From: Sulfurovum sp.
GTDB lineage: Bacteria > Campylobacterota > Campylobacteria > Campylobacterales > Sulfurovaceae
DNA length: 64,000 nt
Reading direction: 5' to 3'
Assembly: GCA_027082955.1 (NCBI GenBank)
Contig: JALWTA010000010.1
Span: forward strand, 9,712-73,711
This document shows, piece after piece, positions 23,032 through 32,522 of the stretch. The notes under the pieces are model-generated. The model ran no database searches. It saw only the letters and a list, made by a program, of their open reading frames with translations, and had not been told where the DNA came from. How positions within the stretch are numbered: the first letter of the stretch is position 1; each line of letters opens with the position of its first letter. A program made the translations under genes and the position numbers.

Positions 23032-26000
23032 ACGACAGTATTGTCCTGTTGTGCTTTTGTGACCGTTCTCAGCACAGCATCTGCCGAAACTTCATCGATA
23101 ATATATCCTTTGTCATACATCTTTACCCGTTCGGCAGGGGCACCAAGGTCAAAGACCATAAGCGGAAGTTCCATCTGCATGATCTCTTCTGCTGTGTAGG
23201 AGAAGGTCTCCGGCCAGATTGACGGAATAAAGAAAAGATCGACGTGGTAATGCTGTATGATCTCAGGAAGTATATTTCGTTGGTATTTTCCTGTTAAACT
23301 GTAATGCGGACTTTCTATCGGTTCTGTGATTTCACCAATGACTACTACGTTAATATTGAGATCTTCCGCATCGATACGTGAGACCAAATCTTTAACCATT
23401 GCAGCCCCTTTGGCGTAGTTGATCGCTCCAAGAACACCAACTGTAAAAGGCGCATCTTTCTCTTTTGGTGGAAGTGAAAGAGGTGTCATATCCGTGACTT
23501 TGTGCGGCAATACTTCAATATTGGCACTTTCAAGACCAGGGTATGCTTTTAGCAAGATCTCTTTTGAGCTCTGGCTAAAGCAGAGAATAGAGCTGCTAAG
23601 ATGCAGTAGACGGTCCCAGAGCAGACGCCATGTATCAATATCGGCAGGCTCCGGATGATAAGTTTTCCATTCAAGCCGATTGCGTCCCATGCAGTCACGA
23701 CATGTCTGGATATCAGGGATATCACAATATGTGCCGGTATCATTGAGGAGTGTATAGCTTGGGCAGACTGCATAGAAATCATGCAAAGGTATGATGAGGT
23801 CAATATTACGACGATTGATAAAGTGTTCAAGGTATTCCAGTATCTCTTTACTGTTTGTATAGGAGACAAGACTGTTTAGAAATACCGTATCGACACGTAG
23901 TTGCTCCAAAAGTATCTCTACGCCATTAAGTGTATCGATGGAGAAGAGGGATTCGTATGATTTGTATCGATGATGGATCGAGAACTTGTTTGTATAGAAA
24001 TCAAATCTGATCATAAGGGTATTTTCCCCTTCTGCATGTTTGTTCTCTACCAGAGCATCTGCATAATGATTCGCACCTCCTCCAAGAGCATGATCGAACA
24101 TGATCCACATCGGTTTTTTCAGGGAAGATGCAGTAAGTACCAACAGTTTCCGAAGTGTATGATGCGGATCTTGCTGAATATAACGTTGTACTTGTTTGTC
24201 ATAATCAGGATGGCGGGTAAGGAGTTTGCTGTAATTTTCTTCCAGAAGCTTCTGTTTAAGCACCGAAGGGAAAGATCCGCCATGTTTGTGATATACAAAG
24301 AGGTTAGGTACGAGTATGTTGGTATAGCCGTGTTCTATCGCGCGTTGGCACCAGTCATTCTCCTCTCCGTAACCTTTTCCGAATGTTTCGATATCGAAAA
24401 ATCCTATTTCCTGAACAACATCATAATTGACGCCCATACAGAAACCGACCCCTGTCGGCAGATGTGCATAATAGGGTATGGGATTGATTTTTTGGAACAT
24501 ACTGTCAAGCTGTGTAACGGACAATGCTTCAAAAATGGGGTTATCTTCAAGGAATTTCGGGAAACTTGCGATAGTACCGGAGTTTGTAAACGGAGTGGTC
24601 GAAGCGACCTTTGGCATGTGAAAAACAGGATACATCAGACGTTCAAGCCAGAAAGGTGGCAGTTCTGTATCGGTATTGAGAATAACGAAATGACCCTCTG
24701 CTTTTTCTACGGCACGATTGACACTGCGTACGAAACCAAGGTTCTCTTCATTATCAAGTAGTGTAGCATGGTCGAATTCTGAAAGTCTTCTTTGTAAGTA
24801 AGGCAGTACACGTTCATCAGGGCTGGCATCATTGACTACAATCAATCTATACGGATGGGATGTGTTTTCTTTGAGGGTGTTGAAGAGAATCTCAAGAAAA
24901 TCATATCCATTATAGACAGGTATAATAATATTGATCCTTGTATGTTCAGGCAAAGCATACTGCTTGGGGTCGAAAGAGATGAAATCACGCTTTGGATCAA
25001 TAGAGAGTGCATTGCCCGACTGACGAAGATTGGTTTGCATCTTTTCTTTTAGCTTTTCCCACATATAACGGAACTCTCCGCGTTTAAGATAGTAGAAAAG
25101 TTTTCTTGCCGCAGCCGGGTTGGCTTTGAAGAGTGAAGCTGCTGTTGAGAATTTCTCTGCCGCAGAAGGTTTCGGCAGGGCAGGGGTCTCTTTGCCGAGT
25201 TTGGTACGTACATGTTTTATAACTTCGGATGGAAGATTTTTAAGACGGTTTTTCAGGCGCATTGATTCTGCAAGTGTTTCCATCTCTTTGGCATACTGCT
25301 TCAGTGCCTGCATCTCATCGATCAGTTCATTGACCTTTTCAAAGATATCCTGCCCTGCATATTGCTGGGAAAGTACCAGCGATGCAGTCTCTTCAGTCAG
25401 TGATACAGGTAGTGCAGCATAGTCAGCAGGGCTGGGTGCAATATACATGCCCTGTTGTTGCACAAGGATACCCAAAAAACGTTCGATCGCATGTGCAACG
25501 GTATGATCTTTTTGTCCACGCTCCTCTTCAAAATCAAGTTCACCGTTTTGAAAGAGTGTCAGCAATGGTGCGAGAAGTTTACTGCGTGTCCAGAACATTG
25601 TGCCACCGGCAAATGTATAGTCTGCAGAAAAAGGTATGTTCGCTGCTTCACACAGCTGTTTGATCTTTGTATTGTTCCCGTAGGCATAACGTTGTGAATC
25701 AAGAATGGTATGTCTGCCCGTGATCTGCCCGATATTAGGATCTTCTGCAAAAAGATTCATTGTTTTCGTTACAGTCTCCGGCGAACCAATCAGATCAAAA
25801 TAGAGCATTTTTCGCCAAACACTGCCAAGCGGGCTTTCACCCGTTTTTTTAGTATGTAGTTTGCATAGATAAGTATAGGTATCGATACCGATATGGTTCA
25901 TAACAAGCAGGAAAGGCAATACATCTCTTCCGCGATTTTCGACTGTGTAGAGGGTTGCTTGCGGGCATGCCTGCAGGATGCGCATGGCATCCGATTCATC

Positions 26001-26201
26001 AATGTGCTTTGGTAGTGTAACATAGAGATCATACGGCATATCCAGAGCAGATAGGTAGCGGTATATCTCTTCCCATATGTCAGGATAGAAAAGGTGGATG
26101 ATAATAGCAGTTCTGGCATGTGTGCCACGGATAGGTTCCGGCTCTTTCCTGAAAATGCGGTCGGATGCAAAAACGATTTGTTCAAAAAGATAGGATTTCA
26201 T
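23028..26201 (-). CDS. Three-domain glycosyltransferase: RgpF-like (rhamnan synthesis F) N-domain, coiled-coil/Pro-Lys linker, GT2 domain, GT-B (GT4-like) C-domain
   Basis: 1,057 aa. Residues about 30-255 are RgpF-like (IIHLFYPDIW, VENRGRDVLPF, KLHTKK). Residues about 283-395 are heptad-rich and contain SMRLKNRLK. Residues about 422-650 form a GT2 domain (INIIIPVYNG, VVNDASPD, NTDTE). Residues about 695-1050 are GT-B-like. Confidence 0.7.
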   Translation of the reverse strand: MKSYLFEQIVFASDRIFRKEPEPIRGTHARTAIIIHLFYPDIWEEIYRYLSALDMPYDLYVTLPKHIDESDAMRILQACPQATLYTVENRGRDVLPFLLVMNHIGIDTYTYLCKLHTKKTGESPLGSVWRKMLYFDLIGSPETVTKTMNLFAEDPNIGQITGRHTILDSQRYAYGNNTKIKQLCEAANIPFSADYTFAGGTMFWTRSKLLAPLLTLFQNGELDFEEERGQKDHTVAHAIERFLGILVQQQGMYIAPSPADYAALPVSLTEETASLVLSQQYAGQDIFEKVNELIDEMQALKQYAKEMETLAESMRLKNRLKNLPSEVIKHVRTKLGKETPALPKPSAAEKFSTAASLFKANPAAARKLFYYLKRGEFRYMWEKLKEKMQTNLRQSGNALSIDPKRDFISFDPKQYALPEHTRINIIIPVYNGYDFLEILFNTLKENTSHPYRLIVVNDASPDERVLPYLQRRLSEFDHATLLDNEENLGFVRSVNRAVEKAEGHFVILNTDTELPPFWLERLMYPVFHMPKVASTTPFTNSGTIASFPKFLEDNPIFEALSVTQLDSMFQKINPIPYYAHLPTGVGFCMGVNYDVVQEIGFFDIETFGKGYGEENDWCQRAIEHGYTNILVPNLFVYHKHGGSFPSVLKQKLLEENYSKLLTRHPDYDKQVQRYIQQDPHHTLRKLLVLTASSLKKPMWIMFDHALGGGANHYADALVENKHAEGENTLMIRFDFYTNKFSIHHRYKSYESLFSIDTLNGVEILLEQLRVDTVFLNSLVSYTNSKEILEYLEHFINRRNIDLIIPLHDFYAVCPSYTLLNDTGTYCDIPDIQTCRDCMGRNRLEWKTYHPEPADIDTWRLLWDRLLHLSSSILCFSQSSKEILLKAYPGLESANIEVLPHKVTDMTPLSLPPKEKDAPFTVGVLGAINYAKGAAMVKDLVSRIDAEDLNINVVVIGEITEPIESPHYSLTGKYQRNILPEIIQHYHVDLFFIPSIWPETFSYTAEEIMQMELPLMVFDLGAPAERVKMYDKGYIIDEVSADAVLRTVTKAQQDNTVV

Positions 26202-26242
26202 GGATATCGCCTTGTGATATGTACATTACGACAGACATATGC

Positions 26243-27568
26243 CTACTGCGCACCGATTTGAAAATATTCAAAGCCCATATCCTGCATATGTGCCTTGTCA
26301 AACTGGTTACGCCCATCGAAGAAGATAGGTGTATTGAGCCGTTTTTTCATTTCATCAAAATCCGGGCTTCTAAACTCCTGCCACTCGGTAATCAGGATTA
26401 GAGCGTCAGCACCATTGAGTGCATCGTATTTGTTATCGGCATAATCGACATGGGTGTTTCCCTTCAGATAGAAACTTTCTGCTTCATGGCGGGCTTTTGG
26501 GTCATAGGCGACAATATGTGCGCCACGGGAGGTAAGCTCATTGATAATAGTGATGGATGAAGCCTCTCTCATATCATCGGTTTCTGGTTTGAATGCCAAT
26601 CCCCATACGGCAAATGTTTTACCTGAAAGATCATCTCCGAAACGTCTGATGACTTTGTCACTGATGACTTTTTTTTGTGCATAGTTGACCGCTTCGACCG
26701 CATCGAGAATACGCGGTGTATAGCCAACGTCTTTAGCGGTTTTTGCCAATGCCTGCACATCTTTGGGGAAACAGCTTCCGCCATAACCGCAGCCGGGGTA
26801 GATAAAGCTGTAGCCGATGCGGCTGTCCGATCCGATGCCGTTTCGGACTTTGTTGACATCGGCACCGACACGCTCACAGATATTGGCAATCTCATTCATA
26901 AAGGAGATTTTGGTGGCCAACATGGCATTGGCGGCATATTTTGTCATTTCTGCACTCTTGACATCCATACCGATAAAGCGGTCTCTGGTTTTCATAAAAG
27001 GTGCGTAAAGATCGTGCATGATCTTCATGGCACGTTCACTGTCTGCACCTACCACTACACGGTCAGGGTGCATGAAATCCTGAATAGCTGCGCCTTCTTT
27101 TAGGAATTCCGGGTTGCTGACCACATCGAAATCGATCGATACACCACGTTTGTCCAATTCTGCCTGAATGGTTGCTTTTACTTTGTCGGCTGTACCTACC
27201 GGAACAGTGGACTTGTCGACCACCACCATATAGTGCTGCATATGTTCTCCAATGCTTTTGGCAACAGCAAGAACATATTGTAGATCGGCACTGCCGTCTT
27301 CGCCCATCGGCGTGCCCACCGCAATGAAACTGATGGCGGTATTTGCAATGGCATCGGCAATATCGGTAGTGAAGTGCAGTGTCCCCTTCGCATGGTTTTC
27401 CAAGACCATTTTCTCCAGCCCGGGTTCATAAATTGGGATTTTCCCTTGTCTGAGTGCATCGATTTTGTCTGCATCGATATCCACACAGGTGACGGTATTG
27501 CCCATTTGGGCGAAACAGGTACCGCTTACAAGTCCGACATAGCCTGTTCCAATGACCGATATTTTCAT
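26243..27568 (-). CDS. ugd: UDP-glucose 6-dehydrogenase
   Basis: 441 aa. It has [16 protein letters not shown], the catalytic GGSCFPKD and a typical length for the family. Confidence 0.9.
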   Translation of the reverse strand: MKISVIGTGYVGLVSGTCFAQMGNTVTCVDIDADKIDALRQGKIPIYEPGLEKMVLENHAKGTLHFTTDIADAIANTAISFIAVGTPMGEDGSADLQYVLAVAKSIGEHMQHYMVVVDKSTVPVGTADKVKATIQAELDKRGVSIDFDVVSNPEFLKEGAAIQDFMHPDRVVVGADSERAMKIMHDLYAPFMKTRDRFIGMDVKSAEMTKYAANAMLATKISFMNEIANICERVGADVNKVRNGIGSDSRIGYSFIYPGCGYGGSCFPKDVQALAKTAKDVGYTPRILDAVEAVNYAQKKVISDKVIRRFGDDLSGKTFAVWGLAFKPETDDMREASSITIINELTSRGAHIVAYDPKARHEAESFYLKGNTHVDYADNKYDALNGADALILITEWQEFRSPDFDEMKKRLNTPIFFDGRNQFDKAHMQDMGFEYFQIGAQ

Positions 27569-28482
27569 GTTTCCAATCCTTTTATATTTGTTTTGACTGC
27601 TAATGTCGAGAGATACATCATGATATCAACAATAATATTGACAAGCCGTATCAGCAGCACGGAGAAGACGATCACTTCGGATGCAATGTTGACATGCAAA
27701 AATGATGCAACAGCAATGAACGCTCCTTCCCTTACGCCCAGTCCCCCTGAAGCTCCCGGTGTAACAAAGCCGATGAGCCAGCTGATGATATAGATGCTCA
27801 TGCTCTCAAAAAAAAGCCCGGCAGTCATATTTGGATGTTGTACGGTAACGACAATCCCCATCATAACTCCCTGCAGCATCACCGACATGGAGAGCATCAG
27901 ATTCATCCTGATTTTTGCAGCAAACGGGAAAGAGGGATAGGTATAGTACACAACAATGGCTGTAATCATACACGATACACCCATCAAAGTCAAGATATAG
28001 AGCGGTATCGTAGTTGAAAAAAAGGCAAACAGTGTACTGGAAAAGAGTGTCGCCGCTATCAGTAGAAATGCGAAGAAGACTGAAATTTTTGCCATGGCTT
28101 TTTGAGTGATACCGATGCTGGAGGCTAGGGCCTGTCTTCCTACAAAATGGAAGAGGTTGCCGGGAAGGTATTTGGCTATCTCCGTCTTTGCAAAGTAGTA
28201 GTAGGATGTTTTGTACGAAAACGCGGCTGCCGCATAGTTAAGCAGCATGATATGCCAAGCGTAGATACCAAGCAGGGTCGAGATGATGTTGACAACAAAA
28301 AGTACGGGGAGGATAGGCAAAATCTGGGTAAAGTGTGCAGCAAAGGTTTCAAGTGTATAGTGCTGAAAGAGGGTATAGAAGACGAAAAACAGTCCGGCAG
28401 CACCCAGAAGTTTCCCCGCAGCAGAAAGTACCTGTTTATTGTGCATGCGGTACCTTCTGGATGTTCTTTTGAAGGGGGGCAA
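27565..28482 (-). CDS. UPF0104 / lysyl-phosphatidylglycerol-synthase TM-region (MprF flippase-domain-like) membrane protein
   Basis: 305 aa, about 8 TM helices. Family signature [14 protein letters not shown] near the C-terminus. The start is uncertain, with an alternative ATG at 28446. Confidence 0.65.
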   Translation of the reverse strand: MPPFKRTSRRYRMHNKQVLSAAGKLLGAAGLFFVFYTLFQHYTLETFAAHFTQILPILPVLFVVNIISTLLGIYAWHIMLLNYAAAAFSYKTSYYYFAKTEIAKYLPGNLFHFVGRQALASSIGITQKAMAKISVFFAFLLIAATLFSSTLFAFFSTTIPLYILTLMGVSCMITAIVVYYTYPSFPFAAKIRMNLMLSMSVMLQGVMMGIVVTVQHPNMTAGLFFESMSIYIISWLIGFVTPGASGGLGVREGAFIAVASFLHVNIASEVIVFSVLLIRLVNIIVDIMMYLSTLAVKTNIKGLET

Positions 28483-29524
28483 AAATACGTGTTGCCATTA
28501 TGTTTCTTGCGCAGGCATTGCTGAGTTTTTGATCGTAGGATATGAGCGCATTGGCACCGACCTGCGTAAGCAGCGCCGGATTTTGTTTGATCTCAACGAT
28601 ACGTGCTGCCAGTGTTTCAGGATGATTGTCTTTAGTAAAAAAGATATCTTCGTTGTCTGTAAAAGCTTCCTGCATAGCATCTGTTTTCAGTGTCAGGTGC
28701 GGTTTCCCGACACGGAATGCATCGTTCGTTTTATTGAGTACCACACTGTTGGCACGTTCACCGACGCTGAAGAGCCCAAGGTTGATATCGGTAGCATTGT
28801 AGTAGTAGTTGAGATCTTCAAGGCTCATGAAGCCTTTGAACTCAATGTTGCGCAGTCCGTATGACTCTGCAAGCGTCTGGCATTTCTCCAGATCCGGTCC
28901 TTTGCCTATCATAAGGAAAAAGGTATCGTCCCCTTGCTCCTGAAGGATACGTGCCGCTTCGATGATGACTTCTGTCCCGTGCAGAGGGATGTAGCTGCCG
29001 ACATAAAGTACGGTAAACTGCGGTTTGTAGCGTTCTGTTTGTAGTGGTTTGACATTCTCTTCATTGATCGTCAGCGGTACTCTGACAAATTTCTCTTTGG
29101 GAATATTGTAGTTTTGAGAGAGTGTTTCGATAAGTTTATGGGTATCGACAATAATATAGTCGGCAAGCTGAAGTGATTTTTGTTCGATCCAGTAGGTAAG
29201 TTTGCCAAGCAGGCTGTCAGGTTTGTAGATTTTTCTGTCATTGCACATCATGTCGTAGATGGAGAGGTAAAAGTCAAATACAATGGGTTTTTTGGTAAAC
29301 AAACGTAGATAAAGTACGAGAAAATGACCCATATAACTGACAAAAAAGAAATCTTGTCCAATCATCTTGAACGGAAGGCGAACAAGAATACTTGGAATCC
29401 TGGAGGCATAACTTTTCCCTTTGGAGACGCACTCACTATAGTCAAAATAGTTCTGGAGCGTTTCTCTGTGAAACTTGTTACGGGAGATGGTCGGTTTGTC
29501 AGAACAGGTAAAGAGTGCTTTCAT
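28436..29524 (-). CDS. GT4-family (GT-B) glycosyltransferase
   Basis: 362 aa. The C-terminal half has a typical glycos_transf_1 layout (VGSYIPLHG...KG...NxGLF...ND). It abuts the downstream GT2 gene. Confidence 0.6.
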   Translation of the reverse strand: MKALFTCSDKPTISRNKFHRETLQNYFDYSECVSKGKSYASRIPSILVRLPFKMIGQDFFFVSYMGHFLVLYLRLFTKKPIVFDFYLSIYDMMCNDRKIYKPDSLLGKLTYWIEQKSLQLADYIIVDTHKLIETLSQNYNIPKEKFVRVPLTINEENVKPLQTERYKPQFTVLYVGSYIPLHGTEVIIEAARILQEQGDDTFFLMIGKGPDLEKCQTLAESYGLRNIEFKGFMSLEDLNYYYNATDINLGLFSVGERANSVVLNKTNDAFRVGKPHLTLKTDAMQEAFTDNEDIFFTKDNHPETLAARIVEIKQNPALLTQVGANALISYDQKLSNACARNIMATRIFAPLQKNIQKVPHAQ

Positions 29525-30481
29525 CTATTTGCCGATTTGCTCCAGATCACGTTTTATCTGTTCGACACGAAGCTCTTCAAGCAGTTTTCGGTTGACAGAG
29601 AGCAGGTCTGCTATAAAGGCGATCAGCCCTGTCTGAAAGCCCATTCCCATCAGTACACCGGCAAGAATGACCGACTGTATATGTCCTGCACCGTCCCCGG
29701 TAAAATAGAAGTATAGGTAGCGCAGTCCCAGCAGCAGTCCCAGGCCAAAAAGAACTGCAGCTATGCTCATAAAGAACTGGAATGACTTGTACACCACAGA
29801 GATACGTACAATGGTCACAACTGATTTTTTGATGTAGTTGGGAATGCTTGAAAGCAGTCTGGAGGGTCTGAGGTCTTCATTGGTGCGGATGGGAACTGAG
29901 GTGATCGCCATGTTCTTCTGACCCGCCTGAATGATGGTTTCCAGCGTATAGGTGTAGTTGTTGTAGACATTGAGCTGCATGGCACACTCGCGGCTCATTG
30001 CCCGAAACCCGCTTGGCGCATCAGGAATGTCAGTACGGCTGGCTTTTCGAACCACCCATGAACCGAGTTTTTGCAGAAATTTTTTGGCTGGGGAGAAGTG
30101 TTCTGTTTTGTCAATAGGACGTGCGCCTATGACATATTCTGCCTTATGCTCTAAAATCGGTTTGACGAGTTTAGGGATGTCCTTTGCCTCATACTGGTTG
30201 TCTGCATCGGTGTTGACTATGACATCAGCACCTTGCCTGAGACACTCTTTGATACCAGCCATAAAGCCCTTGGCAAGCCCTTGGTTGTGTTTGAAGTCAA
30301 CAATGTGGTCGACACCGCACTCTTTCGCTACCTTTACGGTGTCATCGGTACTGCCGTCATTGATAATGAGCCATTCGACGGTATCAAATCCCTCAACCTC
30401 TCTTGGCAGTGCTCCCAGTGCGATGGCAAGGGTTTCGGCTTCATTATAGCAGGGTATCTGGATGATGAGTTTCATGAACAA
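29525..30481 (-). CDS. GT2 polyprenyl-phosphate glycosyltransferase (DPM1/RgtE-like) with C-terminal TM helices
   Basis: 318 aa. Motifs IQIPCYNEAETL, IINDGSTDDT, TDADNQY and PSGFRA, plus two C-terminal TM helices. Confidence 0.8.
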   Translation of the reverse strand: MFMKLIIQIPCYNEAETLAIALGALPREVEGFDTVEWLIINDGSTDDTVKVAKECGVDHIVDFKHNQGLAKGFMAGIKECLRQGADVIVNTDADNQYEAKDIPKLVKPILEHKAEYVIGARPIDKTEHFSPAKKFLQKLGSWVVRKASRTDIPDAPSGFRAMSRECAMQLNVYNNYTYTLETIIQAGQKNMAITSVPIRTNEDLRPSRLLSSIPNYIKKSVVTIVRISVVYKSFQFFMSIAAVLFGLGLLLGLRYLYFYFTGDGAGHIQSVILAGVLMGMGFQTGLIAFIADLLSVNRKLLEELRVEQIKRDLEQIGK

Positions 30482-30486
30482 GGCTC

Positions 30487-32334
30487 CTATCGGTAGTATT
30501 GCAAAAAGTAAAAGAAATCAGAATAGATCGCCTGAATACAGATCAGTATAACGGCACCTGTAAAGAGAAAGCTCTTTTGAAAACGTTCCGCAAAAATAGA
30601 TGCCATTATAGCAAAACCAAACATAAAGGGCAATAAGTAGCGCGGCTGAAGACCGCCAAGGTAGCCGCTGTGCAGATGGGCTCTGTAAGAGAAAAGGTAC
30701 TGAATCACCAGCACGGCAAAGAGTGAAAGCAAAACGATCTTTCCAAGCAGGCAGTAGCTGTGCTGTTTCTCTGTTCTGGCGCACGGCATAAAGAGTGCGG
30801 CAAGGGCAAAGAGATGAAGGAACAGCAGACCACTGTAGCCTACCCAGCTTTCTTTTGTAAAGGAGTGGTGGGAGTGGATGCCGAACCAGCCTCCCTCAAT
30901 ATAGTGCAGCATACGTTCACCCCATTGCAGAGGACTCAAATGCTGTCTAAACTGTTCAGGTACGAAAAAAGGAGAATCCAGATACTGTTTGGGATGGGTC
31001 ACATTGAACGTCGGTACGAGTGTATGGTAATGAAGCGTAATGGCAAGTTGATAGTAGACAACAGGGACAAGTACGAATGCAAAGAGTAAAATGTGCCATC
31101 GGTTGAGCATAGGCTTTTGCCGTGTTGCGAGCAGATAGGCAAGATAAAAGAGCAGGGCGAAGAAGATGAGTATGGCAGCTGTCAGTTTGCTGAAATAGGC
31201 GACCAGTATGCCCAAGGCAAGGAGCAGGTAGGTAGCGGCAGTGTACCGCTTTTCCAAAAGCCGCACGAATCCAAAGGCGAAGACGGCAGCACCGAGAATG
31301 GCAAGGGTGTCGTTTGAGATGCTTGCTCCGATATAGGCATACATCGGCACTGAAGTAAGCAGAGAGAGAAAGACAAAATCCCCAAGTATGCCCAGTTCAG
31401 CACGGAAGCCTATCGCAACTATAAGCACAAACGCCAGCAGAAAGAGCATCATACTGAGTGTTCGAAAGTTGTCAACATTCTCTCTTGGCGAAAGGTGGTC
31501 GTCATAGGCAAGGTTCATCAGCTCATAATAGAACGGAGGGTGGCTGAGATAGTTGCCACGGTGTTTGTTGTTGAGCATCACCATATGTTCGTAGTCCGGT
31601 ATGAAGTGGTGGTGTTCGTGTACCGAGACAATGTAGGAAAGGTGTGCCAGTTCGTCAGGCGGATAGCTGAAGCGCACATGCTCTTTGTAGTAGAGTGTCT
31701 TGAAAAGGGTCAGTGACAAAAAGAGCGCATAAAGGATGAGTTTTGCTGTAGGTACAGGTTCATGGCGATAGTGCATATAGAGGTGTACGGTAAAGGCAAG
31801 AAGCAGATAGAGCAGTGCTGCTTCCATTAAAAGTGTGATATGTGTTTCGGTCATGACTGCAACGGTGTTCGCATGCAGGTTCATAGCAAGATGGGGGTCT
31901 GCACCTGTTGTGTTGAATGAAACCTCTTTGCTGTTACGTGTAAAGTGTGTGACCTGTGCATCTGGTGCAAGTGATGTCAGAGGAACCGTACTGTAGAGAG
32001 TATGAAACCACTTTCTCTGTACAAGTGCGATATGGGTAATGTGTACAGTGGTTTTACGCATAGCAGGGTCAAAACGTATATGCGCAAGATATTGTGCTTT
32101 GGGCAGTACAAATGCGTAGCGGTTATTCTCGACATGAACAGGTTTCACAGAATGCTGTTCACTATAAGGCTGATGCATTTTGGCATAATAGATCTGCGGA
32201 TGAAGCGGATGGCTGTCAGAGCTGTACATCTGAATAGTCAGTGTCGTTGTATTGTGCCAATAGAGCAGCAGAGCAAAGAGTATGCCAATGCCAATGATCG
32301 GGAAAAACAGGTATCGGATTAATGTTTTAGACAT
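30487..32334 (-). CDS. GT-C fold glycosyltransferase (ArnT/PMT_2-like) with an N-terminal inserted beta-rich module
   Basis: 615 aa, more than 10 TM helices. An acidic loop motif YPPDELAHLSY sits after the early TM helices, as in the ArnT/PMT families. Residues about 30-106 resemble the shared module. It lies immediately downstream of a polyprenyl-P GT2 gene. Confidence 0.6.
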   Translation of the reverse strand: MSKTLIRYLFFPIIGIGILFALLLYWHNTTTLTIQMYSSDSHPLHPQIYYAKMHQPYSEQHSVKPVHVENNRYAFVLPKAQYLAHIRFDPAMRKTTVHITHIALVQRKWFHTLYSTVPLTSLAPDAQVTHFTRNSKEVSFNTTGADPHLAMNLHANTVAVMTETHITLLMEAALLYLLLAFTVHLYMHYRHEPVPTAKLILYALFLSLTLFKTLYYKEHVRFSYPPDELAHLSYIVSVHEHHHFIPDYEHMVMLNNKHRGNYLSHPPFYYELMNLAYDDHLSPRENVDNFRTLSMMLFLLAFVLIVAIGFRAELGILGDFVFLSLLTSVPMYAYIGASISNDTLAILGAAVFAFGFVRLLEKRYTAATYLLLALGILVAYFSKLTAAILIFFALLFYLAYLLATRQKPMLNRWHILLFAFVLVPVVYYQLAITLHYHTLVPTFNVTHPKQYLDSPFFVPEQFRQHLSPLQWGERMLHYIEGGWFGIHSHHSFTKESWVGYSGLLFLHLFALAALFMPCARTEKQHSYCLLGKIVLLSLFAVLVIQYLFSYRAHLHSGYLGGLQPRYLLPFMFGFAIMASIFAERFQKSFLFTGAVILICIQAIYSDFFYFLQYYR

Positions 32335-32431
32335 GGAAGAAAACTTTCATTTGTAAAAGTCCAACTTGAATGATGCGCTCATAACACTTCTTTATTGATC
32401 CGCTTTAGTCGGACCGCTCTTTTTGAATGCT

Positions 32432-32437
32432 ATTATA
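32432..32437 (-). promoter_or_regulatory. Candidate -10 box (TATAAT on the minus strand) in the 188-nt gap upstream of the GT-C gene
   Basis: Plus-strand attata equals minus-strand TATAAT, about 95 nt upstream of the ATG at 32334. It sits in the largest non-coding gap of the window. Confidence 0.25.
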
Positions 32438-32522
32438 CTCACTATTGCATGAAGTTCCATTGAGCTGCAAGCTTGAAGTAGAAACATAAAATCAGAGCTT
32501 TTTATCCAGTAGTGTTTTAGCA

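Noticed and set aside
23970-24761. A 263-aa plus-strand ORF. Similar long antisense ORFs occur at 8005-8640, 12600-13289, 16086-16748, 32883-33602, 34406-35032, 42590-43159, 43489-44115, 59095-59724 and 61119-61817
   Set aside because: Each lies fully inside, and antisense to, a CDS with strong family motifs. None has a recognisable domain, and all show composition typical of antisense frames. The sense-strand genes already tile the window.
28474-28479. A G6/C6 homopolymer in the GT4 / UPF0104 overlap region (another C6 at 62359-62364 in pgi) as a possible phase-variation tract
   Set aside because: Six nucleotides is shorter than the poly-G/C tracts (usually 8 nt or more) known to phase-vary in Campylobacterota. 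I found no longer G/C run in the window. A/T runs of 8-9 nt are frequent and look like background for this AT-rich DNA.
32335-32522. The 188-nt non-coding gap as a riboswitch, sRNA or terminator
   Set aside because: I could not find a convincing stem-loop, a U-tract terminator or any known riboswitch consensus by eye. Only a weak -10-like hexamer is reported. The region needs computational folding and covariance search before any claim.
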